In this document: piece by piece, positions 26,701 through 38,185 of the stretch
How positions within the stretch are numbered: the first letter of the stretch is position 1
Layout: each line of letters begins with the position of its first letter
NCBI RefSeq assembly: GCF_963921235.1
Contig: NC_086107.1
Span: 111,540,001-111,604,000 of the forward strand
Length of the DNA: 64,000 nt
Source of the DNA: Mobula hypostoma
Lineage: Eukaryota
Reading direction: 5' to 3'
Position numbers and translations under genes: made by a program
Notes under the pieces: generated by a model
What the model was told of the DNA's origin: nothing
What the model saw: only the letters and a program-made list of their open reading frames with translations
Database searches by the model: none

Positions 26701-27712
26701 TGACTAGTGGTGTTCCACAGGGGTGTATGTTGGGACCAATTCTTTTTACATTGTTTGTCAATAATTTGCATGACAGAATTGATGACTTTGTGGCCAAGTT
26801 TGCAGATGGTATGACGAAAGGTGGAGCGACAGGTGGTGCTGAGGAAGCAGAGGGGCTGGAGAAGGTCTTAGACAGATTAGGAGAATGGGCAAAGCAGAGG
26901 CAGATGGAATACAGGGTCATGCACTTTGGTAGAAGCAACGAAAGTGGAGACTATTTTCTAAACAGGCAGAAAGTTCAAAATTCCGAGATGCAAAGCGGCT
27001 TGGGAGTTCTCGTGTATGACCCCCTAAAGGTTAATTTGCAGGTTGAGTCAGTGGTGAGGAAGGCAAGTTCAATGTTAGCATTCATGTCAAGAGGACTAAA
27101 ATATAAAGGCAAGGATATAATGTTCAGGCTTTATAAGGCACTGGTGAACATTTCTGGGCCCTTTATATGAGAAAGGATGTGCTGACATTGGAGAGGGTTC
27201 AAAGGAGGCGCACGAGAGTGATTCCAGGAATTATTGTGTGAGGAGCATTATCGTATGAGAGATAACTCTGGGCCTTTGTTTACTTGAATTTAGAAGCATG
27301 AGGCGGGGGGGCGGGGAGGCGGGGGCAAAATCTCGTTGAAACCTATGGAATGTTGAAAGGCCTTGACAGAGCGGATGTAGAGCGGATGTTTCCTATGGTG
27401 CGATGACTAGGATCAGAGGACACAGTCTCAGAATACAGAGATGTCAATTTAGAATGGAGATGAGGAGGAATTTCTTTAGCTGGGGTGATGAATCTATGGA
27501 ATTCATTGCCATGGGTGGTTGCCGAGGACAGGTCATTGGGTGTATTTATGTCATAAGTTAATAAATTCTTGATTAGTCAGGGCATGAAAGCTTATGGGAG
27601 GAGGGCAGGGGAATGGGATTGAGAGGGAAAATGGATCAGCCATGATGAAATGGTAGTCACGCTCGATGGGCCAAATGGCCTAATTCTGTTCCTACCTCTT
27701 ACGGTCTTATGA
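23720..27712 (+). mobile_element. Long decayed CR1 LINE (APE endonuclease plus RT plus tail)
   Basis: LKVLYLNAHSIQNK...GISELWL (APE), WKISNVTPLFKKG, SGVPQG, KFADG, CR1 3' tail at ~27660-27712; many stops and frameshifts. Confidence 0.92.
24715..25696 (-). mobile_element. Younger CR1 3' fragment nested antisense in the older CR1
   Basis: (acaatag)n tail at 24715; ORFs 25217-25792 and 24667-25137 with IYINDLD, KFADDTK, FFTQRVV. Confidence 0.92.
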
Positions 27713-27714
27713 CC

Positions 27715-28990
27715 GAGTTTACAACTTTCTGTAGCTTTTTCCAATTCTGTGCAGTGGTCCCTCCTTGGTAGTCGGTGATGCAACAAGTTAGAATGCTCTC
27801 CTTGGTTCATCTGTAGAAATTTGCAAGAGTCTTTAGTAACAGACAAATTCTCTTCAAACTCCTAATGAACTATAGCCATTGCCGTGCCTTCTTTGTAATT
27901 GCATCAACATGTTGGGCCCAGGATAGATCCTCAGAGACGTTGACACCCAGGAACTCGAAATTGCCCATCTTTTCCACTTCTGATTCCACTGGTGTGTGCT
28001 CCCTTGTCTTTCCCCTTTCTGAAGTCCACAGTCAGTTCCTCAGTTTTACTGACGTTGAGTGCAAACTGCTGCTGTGACACCACAACCAGCTGATCTATCT
28101 CCCTCCTGTACGCCTCTTCATCACCATCTGAAATTCTGCCAACAGCTGTGTCACTGGTAAATTTAGAGGTGACATTTGAGCCGTATCTAGCCACTCAGTT
28201 GTGGGTGTAGAGAGAGTAGAACAGTGGACTAAGCACTCATCCTTGAGGTGCACCAGTGCTGATTGTCAGCAAGGAGGAGATGCTATTTCTAGGATTGCAC
28301 AGTCTATGGTCTCCCTGTGAGGAAGCCAAGGAGAGGGAAGTACAGAGGCCTAGGTTCTGAGCCTGTTGATTGTGTTGAACGCTGACCTGTAATCGATAAA
28401 CAGCAGCCTGACGTAGACATTATGATTGTCCAAGTGCTCCAAGGCCAAGTGGGAAGCCAGTGAGATTGTGTCCACTGTAGATCTATTGTGGCAGTAGGCA
28501 GGTTGCAGCTGGTCCTGGTTTTTGCTTAGGTAGGAGTTGATTCTGACCATGACCAACCCTTTATGACCATGACCAACTATGACCATGACCAACCCTTTAT
28601 GACCATGAACAACCCTTTATGACCATGACCAGCACTTTATCACAGTAGATATGAATGCCACTGGGGGATAGTCATTGACGCAGCTCACCCTGATCTTCTT
28701 GGGCACTGGTATGATCGTTGCCCTTTTGAAGCAGGCAGGAACCTCCGACCGCGGCGGTGGGAGATTGAAGGTGCTCCTGAATACTCCTGCCTGTGGGCTG
28801 GTGCAGGTACACCATCAGGGCTTGATGCCTCGCCTCCTGAGAGATGTCCTGACATTGGCTTCCAAGACAGAGGTCTCGGGGTCACTGGATGTTGCAGGGA
28901 TTTGCAGAGGTGTCATTTTATTCTCCTTTTCAAAGAGTGCATCAAAGGTGTTGAGCTAACCTGAATGTGAAACATCACAGCCATTCAGTA
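27715..28990 (-). mobile_element. Rex1/Babar LINE RT remnant containing a (gaccatgaccaaccctttat)-type tandem repeat at ~28545-28630
   Basis: DQLQPAYCHNRSTVDTISLASHLALEHLDN..YVRLLFIDYRSAFNTI; LNVSKTEELTVDFRK. Confidence 0.88.
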
Positions 28991-29056
28991 TTCCTCTGCT
29001 ACTGGACAATGAAACAATTACTTCACTATTAACAGTTCCAGTCAACAGAGAAATGT

Positions 29057-29635
29057 AAGGCCTCCACTGGTCAGGGTCGACCTTGGATGTTGTGTCCTAG
29101 CTGCCTTGGTATGCAAACCTGGGCAGTACAATATGGAGAGCAAGCTGTTGCCCATGTAACAAGCTCCCCCTCTCCACTAATCTGATGAACCCAAAGGAAT
29201 AGCAGAGACTGAACTATAGTTTGGCACCCCCAGCCTTGCAGGAGTCGCCAGTCAGCATTGAACTCAATGTAGGACTGCCTTAGGGACTCCAACTCCAGAT
29301 TTTTTTGTCTGGGTTTACTCCCGGAGTCTTCCCCATGAATGAGTATAGCCGCAAGGCAGCGGAGGTTTGCGATAAGAGTTTTCCTTCTCCTAGATGAGCT
29401 GCCAGCCACAGCTGACAAGCTCCATCTGCCCGAAGTGACTGGTTTTAACGCGCAAGTAAACTCGCACCTTAAGGTTGCTATAGCCGAGAATAGTAATGGG
29501 AATAAGCTCCCAATAGCGTGGGCCTCAAAAACCCTTTGACAACCAAGCCCAGCTCCTGGCCTTCACGTGTAGCTTGGCTACCATGCCTGGTGGAACTGTT
29601 TCTACTTACAGGAGAAACGACAAAGGCAGGTTACT
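29057..29635. mobile_element. RTE-type non-autonomous element with 5' inversion (same family as 31898-32465 and 44087-44669)
   Basis: TSD aacagagaaatgt (29044-29056)/aacagagaaatat (29636-29648); 3' part on the minus strand to ~29465, 5' part on the plus strand ~29467-29635. Confidence 0.8.
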
Positions 29636-29865
29636 AACAGAGAAATATGCTGGTATTAAACCTAAAACCTGCCAAATCAGTGCATACCTCTGCCGAAGGA
29701 GGTTCTCTATTTATGTGGTATGTCGTTGTTACAAGAGCCTCAGGACTTGCACCACCAAGTTCAAGAACAGTTCCTAACCCACAGCCATCAGACTCTTGAA
29801 CAAAAGGGGATAACTACACTCACTTACCCATCCATTGAGATGTTTCCACAACCAGTAATCTCACT

Positions 29866-30340
29866 CACAACACGCTGGAGGAACTCAGCAGGTCGGGCAG
29901 CATCCGTGGAAACGAACAGTCAACGTTTTGGGCTGAGACCCTTCGTCAGGACTGTAGAGGGAAGGGGCAGAGGCCCTATAAAGAAGGTGGGGAGGGAGGT
30001 TGGGAAGGAGAAGGCTGGTAGGTTCCAGGTGAAAAACCAGTAAGGGGAAAGATAAAGGGGTGGGGGAGGGGAGGCAGGGAGGTGATAGGCAGGAAAGGTG
30101 AAGAAGGAATAGGGGAAAACACAATGGGTGGTAGAAGGAGGCGGAACCATGAGGGAGGTGGTAGGCAGCTGGGGGAGGGGCAGAGTGAAACTGGGATAGG
30201 GGAAGGGAGGAGGAGGGAATTACCGGAAGTTGGAGAATTTTATGTTCATACCAAGGGGCTGGAGACTACCTAGACAGTATATGAGATGTTGCTCCTCCAA
30301 CCTGAGTTTATCCTCATCATGGCAGGAGAGGAGGCCATGT
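29866..30340 (-). mobile_element. Penelope-like element 3'/pLTR fragment with mutated hammerhead motif (29917-29954)
   Basis: Reverse-complement homolog of 45937-46275; encodes the end of the GIY-YIG ORF (LEEQHLIYCLGSLQPLGMN). Confidence 0.8.
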
Positions 30341-31344
30341 ATGGAAATAATGATCTCACTTTAAGGACTCTTTATCTCATGTTCTCATTATTTATTGCTA
30401 TTTATTTATATTTGTATTTGCGCAGTTTGTTGTCTTCTGCACTCTGGTTGATCTTTCATTTATCCTGTTATAGTTATTATTCTATAGATTTGCTGAGTAA
30501 GCCCACAGGAAAATTAATCTCAGGGTTGTATATGGGGACATACTGTATATATACTTTGATAATAAATTACTTTGAACTTTGAACATTGCAGGAAACTTTA
30601 TTTGTAAAATATTAAACTGGGAGCTTAGAAAAGTTCCTTCCAATCTTGGTGTCTGATACCATAGATATATATACATCATTTATTTTAACTATCTATAATG
30701 ACTCCTTAAGTTTGAAAATGGTGCTGACTGCAAAATTAATGGGAGCCAGATTTCCAGAGGCGTCAGCTAAAATTCCCCGAATTAATCTTTCAAACAGGCT
30801 CTGTGGGATTTTTTTCTCATTACTTTGATATTGATCCAATGTCACATAAAAGTCTATGCAAACACAGTTAGTCATAAAAGATCAGGCTGGTTCAGAGTTG
30901 ATGTGTCGTTTCACAGCCGCAACTTTGCAGTCAAAAACCTCAGGACTTTCCCAGGAAGTGATTGGTCACCTCGCTTTGCCAAGTAGAGAAAATCACCAGC
31001 CCAGCTCTTTGCACTATCACTTGTTCAGCTTGCAGCGCTGGATCCTGATGCTATCGCCATCTAAATGTGCTTCGGAGATTAAGAATGAGGCATCAAACCG
31101 GGGCGCCATGGTGGTGCAATGATATCACAGCTTGGGGTGTCGGAATTTGGAGTTCAATTCCGACGTGATCTGTAAGGAGTCTGTATGTCCTCCCTGTGGA
31201 GTGTGTGGGTTTCCTCTCACAGTCCAAAGACGTATCAATTAATTAGTCATTGTAAATCGTCCCGTGATTAGCTTAGGGGGTTTTGCTGGGCAGTGTGACT
31301 TAAAGGGCCTGAAGGATCTATTCCACACTGTATGTCCAAATAAA

Positions 31345-31840
31345 TAACCATATAACCATGTAACAATTACAGCACAGAAACAAGCCATCTCGGCCCTTCT
31401 AGTCCGTGCCGAACTCTTACTCTCACCTAGTCCCACCGACCTGCACTCAGCCCATAACCCTCCATTCCTTTCCTGTCCATATATCTATCCAATTTTACTT
31501 TAAATGACAACATCGAACCTGCCTCAACCACTTCTGCTGGAAGCTCGTTCCACACAGCCACCACTCTCTGAGTAAAGAAGTTCCCCCCTGTGTTACCCCT
31601 AAACTTTTGCCCCTTAATTCTCAAATCACGTCCTCTTGTGTGAATCTCCCCTACTCTCAATGGAAAAAGCCTATCCACGTCAACTTTATCTATCCCCCTC
31701 ATAATTTTAAATACCTCTATCAAGTCCCCCCTCAACCTTCTACGCTCCAAAGAATAAAGACCTAACTTGTTCGACCTTTCAATAAAGACCTAACTTGTTT
31801 GACCTTTCAATAAAGACTTAACTTGCTCAACCTTTCCAAA
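31345..31840 (-). mobile_element. CR1 3' fragment with triplicated aataaagacctaacttg unit at its 5' junction
   Basis: ORF 31427-31750 ERRRLRGDLIEVFKIM...FFTQRVV; three tandem copies at ~31753-31835. Confidence 0.9.
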
Positions 31841-31897
31841 TAAGCTTGTTGCTTACATATGTTTTTTTCCAGTGTTATAAGGACAAAGAAACTTTAA

Positions 31898-32465
31898 GGT
31901 GCATTAAGGTTGTTATAGCTGGGGGTGGTAATGGGGGTAAGCTCCCAGCACCTATTAAATGCCCCCAATGGCGTGCGCCTCAGATAGTCTCTGGCAACCA
32001 ACCCCAGGTCCTGGCCTTCATGTGGGGCTTAGCTACTGAGCCCGGTGGAACCATTCCTACTGACAGGAGAAGGGGCAAAGACGGGTTACTGGCACCTTCA
32101 AACCAGTCCCTTTGGGCAAATTGGGGCTCATCAGCTGTGGCTGGCTGCTCACCCAAGAGAAGGAAAACTGATCTGAAACCTTCCCGGCCTTGCGGGCTTA
32201 TCAGCTCAGGGGGAAGGCTTCGGGGGTAAACTCCAAGGGGAAAAGTCCGGAGCTGGAGTCCCTTAGGCAGTCCTATGCTCTGTTCGACGCTGACTGGCAA
32301 CTCCTGGTGCCAGCCTCTTTCGGTCTCTGCTGCTGGTTTGGGTTCATCAGATGCGTGGAGAGACGGAGCCTGCTATATGGGTAACAGCTTGCTCTCTATA
32401 TTGTACTGCCCTATCTAGACAGCCAGGCTGTGACGTCCGTGTTCAACCCTGACTGACAGAGTCGT
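31898..32465 (+). mobile_element. RTE-type non-autonomous element carrying a putative HDV-like ribozyme (31898-32068)
   Basis: Colinear with the reverse complement of 44087-44669. P2 TCCTG/CAGGA, P3 GCC/GGT, L3 TTCATGT, P1' GGAACC. Confidence 0.75.
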
Positions 32466-32779
32466 CAGAAGCACAAAGAATAGAAAGGAAGAAGAGGCAC
32501 GGTGATGTGGTTACCAGACTACTGATAATGGTAAATTTCATTGAAATTCCAACAGATAACAGCTAACCAATCAAATAGCCAGATTCAAGTAATGTGATGC
32601 CTGCCACTGAAAGCAAAAACTTTCCAGAAGAATACAGAGGCAATGGCAACCTCTGAAATACTGAACAATTATGTGTACATACATGATTCTATAAAAACAC
32701 AAATGAGTATAAGAAAGTTGAACTACAAGAATAGTAACTATTCTACAGCCCAATCCAACAACATCAACAAGATGAATTT

Positions 32780-33096
32780 TTATAATTAAGGCATCCGTTA
32801 GTCTTGCGAGACCATGGATCTGCGCCTGGAAAGTCTTCACTCTCCAGGACGCAGGCCTGGGCAAGGTTGTATGGAAGTCCGGCAGTTGCCCATGTTGCAA
32901 GTCTACCCTCTCTACGATACCGATGTTGTCCAAGGGAAGGGCAAAGGCCGATACAGCTTGGCACCGGTGTCGTCACAGAGTACTGTGTGGTTAAGTGCCT
33001 TGCTCAAGGACACAACACTCTGCCTCGGCTGGGGCTCGAACTCACGACCTTCAGGTCGCTAGTCGAATGCCTTAACCACTTGGCCACTTGCCCACG
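32780..33096 (-). mobile_element. tRNA-head SINE with CORE-like domain and RTE-type tail
   Basis: Minus strand gtggccaagtggttaaggc (A box), gagttcgagccc (B box), gtgtccttgagcaaggcacttaacc (CORE-like); TSD caagatgaattt (32768-32779)/caagatggattt (33097-33108). Confidence 0.8.
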
Positions 33097-33297
33097 CAAG
33101 ATGGATTTAGAAAGTATTAAAAGTTAAGGTTCAAGGTTCAAAGGTTCATTTCAAGGTACATTTATTATCAAAGTATACATGCATACTTTGATAATAAATG
33201 TGTACAACTCTGAGATACGTCTTCTGAATCATCTATGCCATCATCCTATTGACGGGGTAAATGTCATAGGATGAAGCAGTAAAAATTCAACTTCTGT

Positions 33298-33880
33298 AAG
33301 ACCATAAGACATAAGAGCAGAATCAGGATATTTGGCCCATCGAGCCTGCTCTTCCATTCTATCATGGCTGACTTATTATCCCTCTCCAGCCCATTCTCCT
33401 GCCTTCTCCCCATAACCTTTGGTGAACTTACTGAACAAAAGCCTACCAAACTCCGCTTTAAGTATACTCAATGATTTGGACTCCACAGCCGTCTGTGGCC
33501 ATGAATTCCACAGATTCACCAGCCTTTGGCTAAAGAAATTCCTCCTCAACTCTGTTCTAGATGGATGTCCCTCTATTCTGAGACTGTGCCCTCTGGTTCT
33601 GGATGCCCCCACTATGGGAAACATCCTCTCCACATCCACTCTATCTTGTGTTGTTCTTTTTCATGCCTTGCGGCACCATTTTTACCATTTCCTTAGCACT
33701 TGTCTGTTTTTTTTATACAAGGTCGAGTTGCTAACTCAAAGCTCAACCCAGCATGGATCTAAAGCATGCAAGAAGCCAGCCGGATTCGAACTCAGAACCA
33801 TTGCCCTCAAACTCTGGTCCTGATGTTACTACACCGCCAGCGGGCGAATCCACTCTTTCTAGGCCTTTCAATATTCCAAC
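33298..33880 (-). mobile_element. CR1 3' fragment interrupted by a SINE
   Basis: ORF 33376-33639 with FFSQRLVNLWNS; (taagaccataagacataag) tail. Confidence 0.88.
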
Positions 33881-34489
33881 TTTGATGGGGATGGTTGGAT
33901 CTTAAAGGCTTATGGAACTGGATATTTGTTATAGAGCCAAAATATCATACAGCTCAAGTGTTGTACACTTTCCACCTCATACAACTTCTCTGCTACTCAT
34001 ATTTTAAATCTTTTTATTAATTATTATTGAAAATTGACAACAAAGAAAAATACATTAAAATAATCAAGTCAATATATCAATCAGTATAAGAGTCAAACTA
34101 TTAACCAAAGTAAACAGTATATCAATAATAATAATTAAAAAAAAACAAAATGTTAAAGCTAAATATTTTTTTGAAAAAAGAAGAAAAAAAGAAACCCTAC
34201 TAACTAAAAAAAAAACCAACTAACAAACAAAAATAAACTAGAAAAAAAATGCTCTTCTGCACACCACTGTTGTAACACAGGGTCATTCGAGTTACTGTCG
34301 CCTTCCTGTCAGCTTGAACCAGTTTGGCCATTCTCCTCTGACCTCTCTCATTGACAAGGCACTTTCACCCACAGAATTGCCGCTCATTGGATCTTTTCTG
34401 TTTTTCTCACCATTCTTGACTACATCTGCATGCTTTTATGCATTGAGTTAGTGCCACATGATTGGCTGATTAGATAATTGCATTAACGA

Positions 34490-35047
34490 TAGTCATAGTC
34501 ATAGTCATAGTCATACTTTATTGATCCCGGGGGAAATTGGTTTTCGTTACAGATGCACCATAAATAATAAATAGTAATAAAACCATAAATAGTTAAATAG
34601 TAATATGTAAATTATGCCAGTAAATTATGAAATAAGTCCAGGACCAGCCTATTGGCTCAGGGTGTCTGACCCTCCAAGGGAGGAGTCGTAAAGTTTGATG
34701 GCCACAGGCAGGAAAGACTTCCTATGACGCTCTGTGTTGCATCTCGGTGGAATGAGTCTCTGGCTGAATGTACTCCTGTGCCCACCCAGTACATTATGTA
34801 GTGGATGGGAGACATTGACCAAGATGGCATGCAACTTAGACAGCATCCTCTTTTCAGACACCACCGTCAGAGAGTCCAGTTCCATCCCCACAACATCACT
34901 GGCCTTACGAATGAGTTTGTTGATTCTGTTGGTGTCTGCTACCCTCAGCCTGCTGCCCCAGCACACAACAGCAAACACGATCACACTGGCCACCACAGAC
35001 TCGTAGAACATCCTCAGCATTGTCCGGCAGATGTGAAAGGACCTCGA
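34490..35047 (-). mobile_element. Young Rex1/Babar 3' fragment; near-identical copy at ~62718-63085, short copy ~55470-55655
   Basis: Open MLRMFYESVVAS...SFLPVAIKLY frame; (tagtca)n tail; the two long copies differ at few positions. Confidence 0.88.
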
Positions 35048-35267
35048 GCAGGTGTACTTATAATGGTATATACACTCAGCGCATATCTCAGTTAAGCACT
35101 GTGTCAAATAAAGTCATACAGCTCATCAGTTATACAGCCTGTTGGTACTATAACTTAATGATACAAACCACCTGAAATAAATTGAAAATAGACCTGAGTA
35201 TATAACATATAAGATTAAAATAAGCAGGTACATTAAGGATCTAGTGCTTTCCTGGCATATGGGACGA

Positions 35268-35406
35268 ATAAACTCTTCTCGGGCTTCCAGCTGGATGCGG
35301 ATATCAATTATAACTGACGTTACGATGTCAAACTCTGCCACATTGTCATTGAAATGTCGATTGTAATCGATACCGGTACCCGGCTGGAAGCCTGAGAAGA
35401 GTTTAT
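35268..35406. repeat. Imperfect palindrome (~65-bp arms, ~10-nt spacer)
   Basis: ataaactcttctcgggcttccagc... / ...gctggaagcctgagaagagtttat; arm differences are mostly transitions. Confidence 0.9.
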
Positions 35407-35633
35407 AAGCAGGTGTATTATTGGTGGAGTGCAAAATAGGTATACTTAATACGATTGAGTCTTCTAGTTTTAGGTAGCCTTCCCCTATCAGCACCACTCC
35501 TTCCTTTTATTCTCCCCTCTCCCTCTCCCCATCCTTTCTGATCCTCCCATTTTTGTCCCTTTTCCCTCAAAAGCCCCTCCCCTTCACTCATTCTGGCCAC
35601 TCCCCCTCCTGATGCTATCCATCCACTGTGCGT

Positions 35634-35669
<36 letters not shown>

Positions 35670-37559
35670 ACACACACACACACACAGACACACACACACA
35701 CACAGACACACACACACACACTCACAGTTCACCCACAGGTTTCCCCCTCCCCTCAACTGGTTCTCATTCCAACTGCCATTAATCTATCCCCTAATGGCTC
35801 ACACTTCCATGCTTACCTGCTTGACTTTGTGTTCAAGAAGTAGTTGTCTCTAGTCTTCACTCCTCCATTTTCTCTCTCTCTCTCTCTGTCTGTCCTCAAC
35901 TATCATTCACCTTCCTCTGTCTCCCAACTCCAACCCCTGTTCACCTCCCCTACTTGGCACAATATGCTTGCCATCTCACCCACCTCCTCAGTCCATCAAT
36001 CACCTTGGACTCCTGTCCCTCCACTCCCCACCCCCTCATTATACTGCCCATCTCCCCGTGGTTTTGACCTGAAACACTGACAGTTCCATTCCTTCCACAG
36101 ATGCTACTTGCCCTGTTGAGTTCTTCCAGCAAATTATTTGTTAGTGTGTATTCCTTAGAGGGTGTAACACGGACAGACAATCCACCCTCACTTGGAGGGC
36201 AGAGCTTAGGTAAGAGGGTGCCTAATGTCAACTCCTTTGCTTGCTGCTTCGGAAACAGCTCTAAAGGGCTCATATCCTTATTTTTCCCTTTTCCCTCTCG
36301 GGGTTCATTTGAAGACCCTGACCTGGAGTTACACGCTGACTTCGGTTCTTTGCGGGAATGGGACCCGCTCTCGTGATTTCGTGACTGGCCGTTATCCGAC
36401 ATGCCAAGGGCGTGGCCTAAGCGTTCGGCTCGCCTTTGGAGGCCGAGGATCTCGGGGCTCTGGAGACGGGCGGATCGAAGGTGGGTGTCCTGACAGACCG
36501 GTGTGTCGTGGGAGCTGGAAGATCTTTGGCTGTGTGCCCAGAGACCTGAGATCTTTGGGCACAGAGCACAGAATGAGTGATGCAACGGACTTTTAACGTC
36601 GTCAACCAGCGAGTTGCTTGTTATGTTTCCTCTCTCGCTGTGAAACTGAGACATCTCTTTCTCCCTTATTAGGGAGAGAGAGAACCTGTGGTATGTCAAA
36701 TACCGGGTGAATGCACAGTCTTTGGGGCAACTGCAAGTCTGTGTCTTTGCTTTTGCTTTGCTCACACTTCAGTGCTCGGTGACGGGTGCCGATGCTTTTT
36801 CTCGCCAGTGGGGGGAGGGGGGATCGTGCTTGCTGCCGCTTATGTGGGGGAGGGAGGGGAGCTGGGGGTACTTTGTGGTTCTAATATTTAACTGTCATTC
36901 ATTCTTTGGGGTACTCCTCTCTTCGTGGATGGTTGTGAAGAAAAAGAATTTCAGGATGTATATTATATACATTTCTCTGACATGAAATGCACCTGTGAAA
37001 CCTTTGACTCACTTTGGCCCTTTGTGAAGTTATATTTCACCTTAACTCTACTTATTTCTGCTCTTACAGATAGAGAAACAAAATGCTCTGTTGGATGTTA
37101 CTAAGAACCAAAAGTTCAGTCAGATTGAGGAACAGGTAACTTACGAGAATGCTGCCAGTGCTCGAGCGCCTGAGTTATAGGGAGAGGTTGGGCAGGTGAG
37201 GACCTCATTCTAAGGGGTGACTTTACGGAGGTGTATAAAATCATGAAGGGCATAAAAAGGGTGAATACATATAGTCTTTTGAGAAAAGAGAAGGTGGAGG
37301 GGCTTCAAAGGGAGGTGATGAGCTGGTGAGGAGAAGCGAAGGGGTAAGAGGGGAGCCAGGATGGGGAAGGGAAAAAGAGAGAAGGGGGAGGGTGGAAAAA
37401 TTGCAGAAAGTTAGAGAAATCAATGTTTATGCCATCAGGTTGGAGGATACCCAAACGGAATATGAGATGTTGCTCCTCCAACCTGAGTGTGGCCTCATCA
37501 TGGCAGTAGAGGAGGCCATGGTGCGACATGTCCTTCACTGATAGATAGGGTTGCAAAGA

Positions 37560-38185
37560 AAGTTCTTGGAACATTGGCCTTCATAAATCAATGCATTGAG
37601 TGCAAAAGGTGGGATGTTATGTTGAAAGTTGTATCAGACGTTGGTAAGGCCTAATTTGGTGTATTGAGTCTCACTTTGATCACCTACCTACAGGAAAAAT
37701 GTGAACAGGGTTGAAAGAGTACAATGAAAATTTACAAGGACATTGCTGGGTCTAGAGGACCTGAGTTATATGGAAAAATTGAATGGGTTAAGACTATTCT
37801 TTAGAACATCGAAGATTGAGAGGAGATTTGATAGAGGTATACAAAATTATGAGGGAGATAGATAGGGTAAATGAAAGCAGGCTTTTTCCACTGAGGTTGG
37901 GTGGGACTACAACCAGAGATCACGAATTAAGGGTGAAAGATGAAAAGGGGAACATGAGGGGAAACTTTTTCACTCAGAGGGTCTGGGATGAGCTGCTAGC
38001 GCAAGAGGTCCGTGCAAGCTCGATTTCAACATTTAAAAGAAGTTTGATAGGTACATGGATTGTAAGGTTATGGCGGGCTACGCTCTAGGTGCAGATCATT
38101 GGGAGTAGGCAGTTTAAATGGTTTTGGCATGGACTAGATGGGCTGAAGGGCCTGTTTCTGTGCTGTGCTTCTCTATGACTCTATG
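37560..38185 (+). mobile_element. CR1 3' fragment; other CR1 fragments at ~21520-21860, ~22795-23300, ~45260-45860, ~52795-53425 (-), ~57130-57970
   Basis: RGDLIEVYKIM, NFFTQRV, EYCVQFWSP motifs and CR1 tails. Confidence 0.85.

Noticed and set aside
28545..28630. CRISPR-like or regulatory repeat array (also 31753-31835)
   Set aside because: Simple tandem duplications without unique spacers, inside LINE remnants of a eukaryotic genome.
33025..33096. tRNA gene
   Set aside because: A and B boxes are present, but it is the head of a TSD-flanked SINE without a proper acceptor stem; the same holds for ~21070-21141.
35950..36765. 271-aa minus-strand ORF
   Set aside because: Spans junctions between different repeats and has no recognisable motif; likely a chance ORF.
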